Below, piece by piece: positions 1 to 11,109 of a DNA stretch of 64,000 nucleotides. Origin of the DNA: Takakia lepidozioides (lineage: Eukaryota > Plantae > Bryophyta); the NCBI GenBank assembly GCA_030704615.1, contig CM060731.1:46748001-46812000 (forward strand), read 5' to 3'. Numbering within the stretch: position 1 is the stretch's first letter; each line of letters starts with the position of its first letter. Below the pieces are notes generated by a model. It was not told where the DNA came from and made no database searches. It worked only from the letters and a program-made list of their open reading frames with translations. The translations under genes and the position numbers were made by a program.

Positions 1-491
1 GGACAACTCCATCTCATATCCTAGGTGCAGAGTTCGCATGCGTGCCACTTCAAACAGAGGCCCTCTTCCAGCTTACAATCTTTCTTCATAGGTTACAAGC
101 CCTTCCACCCAAGGGGCTCGTGGTATCTTCGCATAGAGACTGGCAGATGGGAAAACTGCAACGGGAGGACCGCCTATGTCCAGCTTGCACAGGACGCAAC
201 CGGGAAATTGAAACTGAAGAACACTTCCCCTATTGCCCTCTATACTACGAAATCCGTGGGAGATTCCACGGGAGATTCCGCGGACCCAATCTCTTAAGTC
301 TTCCACTATGAGGATCAGAAATGCTTGGCAACTCGCCTGCACGAGGCCTTCACCCTTAGACAATCACTCGAGCAATAGTTTATTTTTGGCTTTGGATTTT
401 TGTTTCCTCTCATGTTTCTGCCATTTTGTCCCATAAGCTCTATGAGCTTTCCGTGGACGTTATACAGTACCATTTCATTTCATTTCATTTC
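1..491 (+). mobile_element. 3' end of a non-LTR retrotransposon (RTE/RTEX-like LINE) with (CATTT)n tail, in a helicase intron
   Basis: Frameshifted LINE ORF2 C-terminus LRIETGRW...REDRLCPAC...ETEEHF.YCPLYYEIRGRF, then a 3' UTR ending gttatacagtac-catttcatttcatttcatttc. Confidence 0.75.
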
Positions 492-798
492 TTAATTAAT
501 TTAAGATCCTACCACAGCTTTGGCTCAGGAAGTATACAATCGGATGAACAGAGGCGCCCTATGTTTCCCCCTCTTGGGGTTTACCCTTGCACTAGTGCGA
601 ACAGTTTTCTTTGGATGAGTCCGTCTGCTGTATCTTCTTCTTGAGAAGGACAAATGAATCCAAACAACACCTTTTGCATGACACTGCACTTCTTGGATCA
701 AGACAAAAATGTTTCTCCAAAGCATCCTGAAGAATCCTTGTGTGCTCCTGCTATTGTTGAAACATTCAACCAAAATTCTTACCATACCCATTGTGCAG

Positions 799-3700
799 GG
801 AAAAATGAAGGAAGAGCAGCTGGAAAGAAAACTGAGCCAGTGCCGGAAACAGAGGCAGGATCTGGAGCACAAACTATCTCAGGCAAATCTACTGCCATTT
901 TGCTTGAATATAATGTTTGGTTGGGATGGAGCAGGCAGCAGGGAAGGGGGAAGTCTAAAGTAGGGACCAGATATGTGGCTGCCCTTGCAGTCGTTAAACC
1001 CTTGTCTTTCAGGAGGCTTATGGTAACTTTTGTTACCTGTCACTTGTCAGATCCAAAACTAAGGTTCATGGAGTCACTCGATTTTTCCAGAGTCCCACAC
1101 CACAATGGTTGGCTGTCTGGTGTCCAATTTTCGGTCTTTAAGGCCATTCCAAACTTTTTATTATATGAGTTTCCTCATATCTGGCCTGCAACACTTCAGC
1201 GTTATTTTCAAATGAGAACTTTGGAAGGAGAAAACGCTGAGGTCCTGAGGGCCTGTAAAGGGCTCAATGGTGTCTTTCACTGACACTACTTGCTGATATT
1301 ATATGGGCAGGAGTTGGCCCAGAAAAATGCACCAAAACTGAAGGATGCTCCTATCTTCACTCGCGTTGCCGTGCGAGCTCAAGGCTGCAGGGAGCCATGG
1401 TGTGATGGTGTCTTGCCTGCTCTGCTCCTTGCAGTAAGCATATTTCCTTTCTATCAGAGAAGTCACGTTCCTTGATTTAAGCAATTCGTCAGGACAGAGT
1501 AGGGGTTGAGAATATTGGCAGGGCATTTTTATATCGGCTTTCACCAGTACAAATCTGCTAAAGTGCTTTGAAGTGGTGAAATAACAAGCAAGGGATGTTG
1601 CAAAGCTGCCTCATCTAGGCATAATTTCTTTCCTATGTCCCTTGGGCCCTTTGGGCTGTCCGTGGATGCAGTCGTTCTTCCTGTCTGTCTCTTGCTAGGC
1701 ATTCATCGTGTGGTTTCAATGTACATCAAGTCAGTCGTGAGGTGCTGGGCAGGTGGTTCCAGGCCTCACAGAAACGTTTTACATGACCCTCTGTGCGGAC
1801 AACAACTTTCGTCTTGTGCCGGGTGCAGCCTCAACTATTTCTCTCTGTCCATTTCTGCCAGAGAATGCTTTACCCTTACGGGTAATTATTGAAAGATGCA
1901 AGACTTTGTTATCATCTGGTAGTATGGGTGTTACATATTGCCTATTTTGCAATGGATGCCCATGTGTAGGCAATACTGAATTTAACAGTTGGAAAGAAAA
2001 GAAACTAACTTCAGAGAGGCAGAGACAGGAAGAGAGCATGCACTCAATTTGGGCTCTGCAGTCTGTGAGACTTAAATCCTGGCCCCAGTTTTGGTGGAGC
2101 AGGAAGGGGCATATAGGATAGGAAAAGAACGCACAAATGCCTTCTGCTTTGTTTGTTTGGTTCATTGAAGCATTCCACTCGTCAATTGATCACATCCAGA
2201 GACTTGGATAAGCCTCGCAAAATTGTTGGGGATCTGATTGAGTGGGTGGCATTCTGAAACAGCGGGTGCTTTGGACCACGTCTACATGGGAGAGGAGGCG
2301 ATGCTTGATGGTACCTTCAAGAGCGCCACTGGTATTGTGCTGCAGTCACCTGCTCTGCCACCTAAGGAAAAATGGACGGCTGCTGTAAGTCGACGATTCT
2401 CATCTCCATTCTTGGTTCTGTGCACCAAGAAGTATGTGAACCTGCTCGTGGGATAACAGTGGCTTCAAACTAATTGAGCAACAATGTGAAAAGCACAATT
2501 CACCAGAAACCTCACATGGGTGGATATTACTCACTAACTAGCACCATACATATCTTGGCTATAATGTGGTTTTGTTGTTGAGCATCAAAACATATAAGAT
2601 GGTTTTTCCTTAGTCTCTGTATATTGAAGACTTGTCTTCGGTCAATTTGGGTACAGCCTGCAGGAAGCCTTGGATATGTGGCGCCAGGCAGTACTGAGAC
2701 ATCCCCCATTGTTAATGTGCTTCTTGAACACCCTGTCCAGCAACGCATTCCAGAACTAGAAAAGCAAGGTGAATTCCCGCACATCCCTCTCTTACTTTCC
2801 AATGGGCCTGGGTCATTCCATTACGAGCCAACATTTGGGGTGTTTTGGCACCTTGCTATTGATCTCCTCGAATAGTTATGCTGTATTCCATGGGCCCTCT
2901 GGGCCTCGCATGGATGTTAAGAGAAACTTACCTTATCCCTTGAGCAGTAGTTGCTTTTGGGCTGTTTTTTGGCTCTGGTTTTGTTTCCTCTCTCTTGAAT
3001 TTTCAATTTTGTTCCATCAGCTCTTTGAGCGTTGTGCAGGACGTTATAAAGTACCATTTCATTTCATTTCGTTTCAAACTCCACAGCCTCAAGGGAGCTT
3101 GATGTGTGTATCTCATCTCTTTGCACAGGGAGCAAATGTAATAGGAATGTGTTTGAAATGAAATGTATCCTTTGGTGGCTATCCACAGTTCAGCCTTTTA
3201 TGGCCAATTTATTCTTAAATTCTAGATCAGGTTTGTGGCAAGATTTGGGCTGGCACAGCGTCTTTCGACTGCTTGTTCATGTCCCATCTTTTAGTTCCCA
3301 GGCCCCTGCTTGTTGTGTGGTGACTAGTGCCATCCTATATCCTTATCAGTATCGAGATATCTCTTACAGTTAAAGGTAGCCAAGAACATTGTATTGAGAA
3401 GTGCCATTTTATGCAGAGAAAAGCTTGAGGAGAGACATAGAGGCTCTCGACCTTAAAATCACATCACTTCTTGCGAAGGAGACCTGGTCTAATGGAGGGA
3501 GCCCTAATGGTAGTTTCCTTTCTCTTCTGATATTCTAGATTTGAGTTGGCATGTTTTGTTTGCTGCATCAGCCTTCATTATACTTTTCTTCCTACTTATC
3601 TCCATCAAAAGAGTTAGATGGAGATAGAAAGTCTCTTTTGGACTGATTCTAAGACAGAAAGATTAGGAGAGAAAATCATGCTCATGTGGGTGGAGAGAAC

Positions 3701-6070
3701 CGACAGCAAAAGATCAATACAGGTGGCAGAATATAGGCAAGTGTGCTTATTGACTGTGCAGACTTGTGACCACCAACCCTGCAGCTGGTGTGGAGGGGAT
3801 GGAAAGGGGATGAGAGGTGACAAGGGTACTCACATGGATTGCCAATGGGTGCTGAAGAGTTGCTCAGTGCTTTGACTAATGATACAAGCAGGGGTATAAA
3901 TGAGACATAGTCAAGCCAAACCTGGGTACAGGAAATCCAGCACACAGTAACTGTTGCACACATTGCAGGTAAGATGAAGAGGGACACTAAAGCAGGCACA
4001 ACATGGAAAGAAGCATTGAGGCAGATTCAAGCACTAGAGAGGGCTAGAGCGGTGGCTCCGAATGAAAGTGATCATGCATACATTAGTATACGGCCTCTCG
4101 GTGTCTTGGTAAAGTACTCCTTTTGTTAATCTGATTGTTGTGGGAAGATATGGAGAGAGTCCCAAATGGTCTCGCCAGTTTTGAAATCGTGCATGTTGAT
4201 TTACTCAGCAAGTAGGCAGACATGTTTTATGTTCACTGACAGAACACCTATCATGGTGCAGATGTCCAGATTGCAGGGTGTGGAGAATGAACTTTGGGTA
4301 GCCTCATTGCTCACTTCCTCTGTTGTTAAGCCATTAACTGCCCCCGAGTTGGCAGCTATTTTCTCAGGACTGGTGTTAAATGATCGGCAGGCGAAGCTAG
4401 TGCCTAACAAGGTATTTTGCTTCTAAAGTTGATTCGGTCGCATACTTCTTTGAAGACATTGGGAAGAAATTTTAATGAGAAAATGGAAAGAAAGAGATTG
4501 GACCCATCAACAGCAGACTAAAGAAAGTAAGGGGCTAGTAGTCTCTAATCATTCAAATTGACTGCCTTAGGGAACTATGTAGTCTCTGAAAAGATCAGAG
4601 AAAATGAACTTCGTACCTCCATAAACCTATGCTAGTATACACAGTGTCAATTCCAGCACAGCCTGTTCTCCTAGATGCTATGAGAACAACTCCAATCACA
4701 CTGGTTGGGAATGGCGCCATTCCTTGCTCAAGTAGGGCCAAGAGTACTCCTTGAGCAAACAGGGAGCTAAACGGACACACTTATTGCCTATATGCAGAGT
4801 ACTGTTACAACGACATCTCTATCTCACCAATCTTACCCCATGTGCTTGCTTCTGGACAGGTGGAGCCGCTTTCCAAGGCACCCAGAAGGATCCAGGTAGC
4901 CATTGACAAGCTGGCAATTTTGAGGGATGAGGTGGCTGCCCTTCAAGGATCTGATAAAGTGCATTCCTTACCCTATGTCCCTTTCATCAACATGTTTTCT
5001 ATGCATTTTCAGGTTCTTTGGTTTTATTATTGAATCAACTACATCTAATACTAGTTACTGGAAACTAAATTGCTGTAGAGGGTTTTAGTATTATCTAGCT
5101 ATTTATTCATCACAAAAGCCCTTTCTTGCGGCCGTTAGAAATTATAGATATGATGAGCTTCTTGAAGAATTGACGTTTTATGTCCTCCATTTTGCTCATA
5201 CTTGCAGCCACCTTTGCGTCTGGATGCCAGTCTAAGTGCTACCGTGCATGCATGGGCACGGGGCACATACTGGAGTCAGTTGAGTCGCTACACCAGGTAC
5301 TTTGGCTAGTAGGTGGCAGAGACGTATTTAGAGCAATGCTTGGTGCAGCCAAGCATTTTTGCAACTCTTCAATACAGCAATAAGGCCGAGATGGATGCAC
5401 ATAGAGAGGTACTTGTTATGTTGCACTTATGTAGCCCTAGAGTCTGCTTCAAATTTGAATGGACAAAAGGACAACAGGGTGTTTTCCTGTTTGATTTAAT
5501 AGAGGGCCAATCTTGCACTGTTGGCAAGCCCGGTGAGTGCTTAGGACGTTCATGCACCTGTCAAAAAGCCATGTACAAATGGTTAGAAAGCGTGAACTAT
5601 TCACCTGGAATTCTAACTGAAAGGTTTAATGCAATGCAGTTTGAGTGAGGGTGAGTTGGTGGAGGTGTTGCAAAGAACGGTCAAACTACTTCAACTTGTT
5701 GACAAAGTCTGTAGCCAAAGTACAACAGAGTTGGCAACTTTCGGAGGGACGCCAGGTCTCCATAATATTGCAAGAAGGGCAGCTCTATTGTTGAGCAGGT
5801 GAGTGATGTTGCTAGCAGCGGACACCATCAAGTGAACGAGATAGTTGACAATTCTTTGTTGTTTCTTTGTTGTCTTCTATGCAACTTTGTGCAACCTTTC
5901 AAACTGCAATCAAATGTGTGAGTGATGGCATGCTTAACACATTACACACTTGTTGGAGGCTGGGAAACAGATATCCTGTTAAAGACGGCCAAGTGGAGGA
6001 GTTCATGGATGCTACAAAAAGCAGTTTTGAAGCGGAAGGATTAGTTAGCAGGAGTGGGATGGAGTGTTAA
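799..6070 (+). CDS. Ski2-family DExH RNA helicase, ISE2/HelY-like, 3' exons including the DSHCT domain (5' part outside window)
   Basis: Exons approx. 799-882, 1311-1433, 1753-1881, 2345-2385, 2656-2768, from ~3417, 3932-4108, 4262-4411, 4860-4958, 5208-5296, 5640-5798, 5971-6070. The spliced peptide WKEALRQIQALE..IRPLGVL/MSRLQGVENELWVASLL..LTAPELAAIFSGLV/..AWARGTYW/LSEGELVEVLQRTVKLL..SRYPV matches the ISE2 pattern (PLGE..GENELWLA..AWASG.SW..DEGDLARLLRRT..DRPP). Middle exons are less certain than the last six. Confidence 0.8.
2925..3070 (+). mobile_element. Second, diverged 3'-end fragment of the (CATTT)n-tailed LINE
   Basis: Similar to 350-491 (gagcagtag..ttttgtttcctctc..ggacgttataaagtaccatttcatttcatttc). 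Confidence 0.7.
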
Positions 6071-6169
6071 TACATGTACAGAGTAGACAGCTGCAAAGGG
6101 TCTTAATGCAGTAGTAGGGCAGCACTAATGCATTTGTTCTTTTGGGATTGGTTGTAAACATCTGGGGTT

Positions 6170-6524
6170 AGAAAGGGGTAAGAAAGGCCAGACCCTCTTG
6201 ATTGACGATGAGCCTTCAAAGGCACTGAGGAACCCAGTGAACACTGGTTTTTTCCCAAAGTCCTTTGATGGCACCGTCACGCCTATCCTGAAGGATGGTC
6301 GAAGCACCTTTTTCGAGAATCTTGTCGATGCCCTGTGGCCATTCCTCTCTGGCATGATTTCCTCACCGACTGTGGAAGGGTACTCGGAGAACTATTCCAA
6401 TTGTCCTAATGTCCAAAAGCCTATTGATAGTACTCGCTGTGATTGGAATTGGCTAGGGAGATCTGCAAATCCCTTGGGGATACCTGACCCGATGGTTTAC
6501 TTAGGTATGTTTCCCCTCATTTAA
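6170..6524 (+). pseudogene. Fragment of an FCP1/NIF-like HAD-superfamily domain
   Basis: TLLIDDEPSKALRNPVNTGFFPKSF matches the plant NIF motif NTLLxDDSPYKALxNPxxTxIFP. No N-terminal DxDxT part is seen. Confidence 0.55.
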
Positions 6525-7759
6525 TCTCCGGATACTCTCTGTTTGTAAATTTTCTATCTTTTCTCATTTTCCTTTTCCCGTCCTTCCTGATTTTGTCGAT
6601 TTATTTGTGAACAGTCCGCCCTCCCCATGTTAATGAAATTATCTGACTTAAGCTTCTGTTTCAAAGATTAAGGACACGACGGGAGGTGTCCCGTCCTTTT
6701 TGAATTTGAGGATGTTATATGTTTTGATATTACCTTCATTTGGTCATTGGTTATCGCGTTTGGAGTCTTTGAAGTAGTTGGAGAAGTGAACAGTCCTCCT
6801 ACCTAATGTTAACGAAGTTTTCTGATTTTCGTTTTTGTTTCTTGCAGTGAAGCCAAAGTCTCAGAAACTGAAATCAAGCAGGAGCAAGGAACGAAGTCGG
6901 GTGGGAAAGCAGCTTAAGTGGAGGTATATGACCCTCTCGTCCACGGAAGACTCTAGATCCGCAAAAAAAAGTTTTGATGATACCCATGTAATTCGCAGAA
7001 ATGCCAGGATAATAGATATTGTTCGGATGATACTCATCAGTCTGTTCGAAATTATCCTACGTTACAACGAGCATAGAATTTTACATTACGTTTTGGCGTT
7101 GATATCTGGAGTGACATTTGTTTTCCAGTCACGGGAGGTCTCCTCAGCTTTGAATGGGAGATTGACATCGACAATAAATGATCTTCTCAGCGCAATTTGT
7201 GTCCTACTTTCACTTTTGTCTTACTTCCCCAAAGAATAGTGTTCACTTGTGTAATGGTTTTTTGACTTGTTCAAAGTGGCGTTTGGTCTTTCAGCCATGC
7301 ACGTGTGTCTCGTTTTGTCTGCTTTACAATGCCATCTTTGACATATACTGTCACTCTTGAGGAGGGGGGGGTCTCCCATGAATTTTGGTTGGTGCATGGA
7401 TTTTACTCTTGTAAAGTAGTTTTGGTCTTTTAGATCCCGAGGCATAGGGCTGTCCGCCTTTCATGTTAGTGTACTCCTATCGTCATCACAGAGTGAGACC
7501 CCAACCCCAATATATGCAAGATTTAGGGTTTCAATTTTCTATGCACAAGGACGTACATTCCATATTGACATTTAATTGGGACATGTCACGACAGGAGATC
7601 CCCCCTACCTTCCTCGAATATGCACGGCCTTCAAGTGTTGATGTGGATCCTTGGTAATATTGTCCAGGGACTTTCTACATTGATACCTTTGACTGAGACA
7701 TTGGACGACAACAGATCACTTGTACTTGACTACAACATGAGAATTGATGCAAGTGTATG

Positions 7760-9100
7760 ATTGCAGTTGCCAGACCTCAAGTTCAGTCAATCTATAGGCT
7801 CAGCACCCCTCATCAATACATGGGACATGCTACTGGAGCATTCCATCCCCCCAGTAGCCATGTACGTAGACAATTGTTGGACATTCATATAGAGTGAGAG
7901 GATGGCATCAATGTAGTTCTGGGTTGGTATTTCAGCTACAGACAACCGCTTCTATTTGTCTGCATGTGCCTCTGGGATGTTCAAGGAATGCACTAAGGTA
8001 CAAGATCCATTTCCACTCATCAAGAATTTGGTTGCTGTAAACACAAGGACCTCCCCCTTTCTCCAGTCTCCCTAGAGCCAATCAATGTAAGAAGGGGTCA
8101 ATGTCCACAGGTGCATATTGCCTGTGTGCAGAAGAATGTGATGCCCTGGGTTTGACAGAGATCTCCATTGCACCCTCCTCCTCTACCAACAGCCGCAGGT
8201 TACGACCATGAGAGAGAGGAGATCATATATATACACAATCTACCTGTCCCAGAAGGGGGTATTGGGTACTATTGCTCAAGAGAGACGCCTTTCTACCAAT
8301 AATTAAATCATGTGAAAGGGTAGAAATTGATGAAGAACAGCGAACCAAGGCCTATGTAGCTGAAGAACACTGTCCATATGAGGCGGCCAACCTGCTGCCC
8401 ACACATGAATACCTCCATCAAATGCGCTCCATACCAGTATATGACAGGGCTCACAGACAAAAACCTTGTCGCTACCTGCAATTACATAACATCCACCAGC
8501 AGGTGAATACATGCAAAAATGATCAACATAAACCTACACAATTCGCCCCCCAACGCTCTCTCTTATAGACACATTTATTTTACAACACTAACCCACCTGC
8601 ACGAGCATGGCGAAACTCGCAACTGATGCCATAACTGCCAGCTGAATCAAAAAGCACATGGTTGCTGGTGAGAAGAATCCCCCTAGGCTGTTGCCTAAGT
8701 GCATTTCTTGTTCTTTGGACACATCAGATCCCAATTTCCTGCCTTGCCTTTGTCGAAGCTCTGCAGAACCCACACCAGTACTATCTATGTATAAGTCAAA
8801 GGAGTCCTTCATTGCGTTCAAGCTAAGTTTTCTTTGGGCACATGATTTTAATTCCATCCGGTTGGAACAAATGAGATGGTAAAACTCCTTTTAACTGCTG
8901 ACTGGAAGACCTCGATATCAAGTGGGAAGCTCAAGGAAACGTTTTTGCTGCAAGTAGGGACAAAACCAAAAGACTGCAGGAATAAGCAGGTGATAACCAG
9001 CAGCTGCAAAGGCTCCTCTTCTAAAAGCCTCAACAAATCAAACATTTCAACTGGAATGTATTTAAATTATTTACAGGTCCTTCAATGAGGTGATGTGATG
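7760..9100 (-). mobile_element. Highly degenerate LINE remnant (ORF1-like and RT-like pieces)
   Basis: Minus-strand broken frames: ELK..QRKL..LYID...AELRQRQ (ORF1-like) and IDAILSLYMNVQ (RT-like), with many stops. Confidence 0.3.
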
Positions 9101-9653
9101 TATGGCCACACAACAGCACATGCCATTGGGTGAATGTCTGGATGATATTAACATGGAAGGCCTCCGGAGAAAGCACAGACAAACCAGGCTGGTCTTCTTC
9201 TGAGCCATGGTCGAGATTCTTCACAAACTTTCGGTGCAAGGGTGGCAACAATGTGAGTTTCCGCCACTGTGCTGGAGTGCACTTGAACCCAAGGGAGAAT
9301 AGCAGCTGGTGCTGTCTCTGCGCGTATGATGTGATTGCACAGACTGCAAGAACTAGCATGGGGGATGCCAGTAAGAAATTCGGAATCTGCTTTGCTTCAA
9401 AATAACGAGGAAGCCTACGTTCCTACCACAGGAGGAAGACAAGATCCAGTCACCGTTAAAATAAATCTCGCAAATTCTACCCATCTGTCTCCAACAATAT
9501 GGCAAGGTGCCACCTGGACAGATCATTATCTTCTTAAAGCAGCTGTGTACGCAAAAGACGTCTTATGAGTGCATTCTTTCCCTCGTCCCCAACAGGCAAA
9601 TGTGAGCACATCAACAGACACTCATAATATGATACCAAGTTTGCTAGGGCAGA

Positions 9654-9897
9654 CACACCAGTAGTGGCTTTGCACAAATCCGTTACGGATGAGTGCCATG
9701 ATGGGCTGGGCTCGATTCCCGGTGGGTGTGCAGGCGGCGCCTGCACCTCCCTCGGAGGTTTGCCACAGCGGCGAACAATGTAATGTATGTACAATATAAG
9801 AGACCTCCCGGAATGTGTGATCAAGGCTTGTCGGCTTAGCAGGCCCTCCAGCTCTGTGCTTCGATGCGCCGGTTTCTTTTTCTTTTTTTTCTTTTTC
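9654..9897 (+). mobile_element. Putative tRNA-Gly(GCC)-derived SINE
   Basis: Head cacaccagtagtgg...tgcca...gggctcgattcccggtgggtgtgca resembles plant tRNA-Gly. B-box-like GGCTCGATTCC at 9709-9719; cacacc/ggtgtg can pair; T-rich tail at 9872-9897. Confidence 0.45.
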
Positions 9898-11109
9898 GGG
9901 AATCTCCTATCCGCCCACGCTCTGTAGACCAGTACCATAAGAGAAGAATGAATCCATCTAGTTTTAGTAGTCCAGCACAAGCACCGTAAGATTGCATTTC
10001 TGTGCAGACAGATGCATGTCATATACTCCGTGTCGCATGATTTGATAGCTAAAATTCTGACAGAATGCATGATGGATGGTCGTTCACGATCCTCAAGTAA
10101 GAGGTCCTCCCTTCAGTTGTCCTGTTTGGATGGAGGCTAAGGTTAGAATAAGTGTTGTCAGTTGGAAACTCTTGTTGGAGTTGATTGTCACTAGCAGATG
10201 TTTGATTCCTGCACTAGCTTGCTGCTTGAGAGTGCCTATTGCTGCTTGCAAGTGTGCGGTGGCAGCAGCTGCAGCATCTTGTATTCTCTTTAGCTCCTCC
10301 ACAACATCCCAATCCAAACTTTCGTAGTGGGCCAGTTCCTGGCTCCCCTGCAAACTCTTATCCATACCAGGTTTGTGGCTCTCATTGACATAGGAAAAAA
10401 TGGACTCCTGGCTAGTCTCATCATGACGATTGCCTGCTTCTTGTGTACTTCAAATGTCCGAAACTTCTATCATTCTGGACACTTGAAATACTTGTTGATG
10501 CTTGTCTGGGCTTTACTCTCCTTGAAAACGAGTACATCAGTCTACGAATTTGTACAGTGTGGGTGGGGGTTGTACAAAATCCGGAAACAATGTGCATTAC
10601 AGATTAAAATCTTTAGTAAAAGACACCAAATTTCAAATGGAAATCCAATACAATACCTAGTTAGATCTCTGGTGCTCAGCTCCAGTAAAGTTTTGACAGA
10701 TACCAATACAGTTGCAGCGTGTTCTCTCTCAATTCTGGACTCTACCTCAACATGTGTGTGGCCTTGTCTTCCTCCTGTGTGGTTGACAATTCCTCTGCGG
10801 GTATTGGGGCTACTCATTGCAAAATACGGTTTTACTAACTACACTCCCATAATTTTAATAGCATTAACTTGTAGAGGAGCACCGCATCTCCACCAAGCTA
10901 AATACTGGCTGTCATCGTAGGCCTTGTGAGGGGTTTTTTTTTTTTCCTTTTTTTAATTTCTTCCCAGAAAAAAAGAGAAAAGAGGAACGGATTAGTGTTG
11001 GGCAGATATAATCTGATTTTCTGTCATATCCTCAGGTTCCGGTTTTTCCAAGCTTTCGAAAACTAAGAACTTCCAGACTCCAGTTCCAAATACTGGCAAT
11101 ATCTATATC

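Noticed and set aside
10093-10817. Possible two-exon minus-strand gene (MSSPNTRR.. / ..LDWDVVEELKRIQDAAAAAT)
   Set aside because: The plausible splice leads to a stop, a frameshift would be needed, and I recognise no homology; left unassigned.
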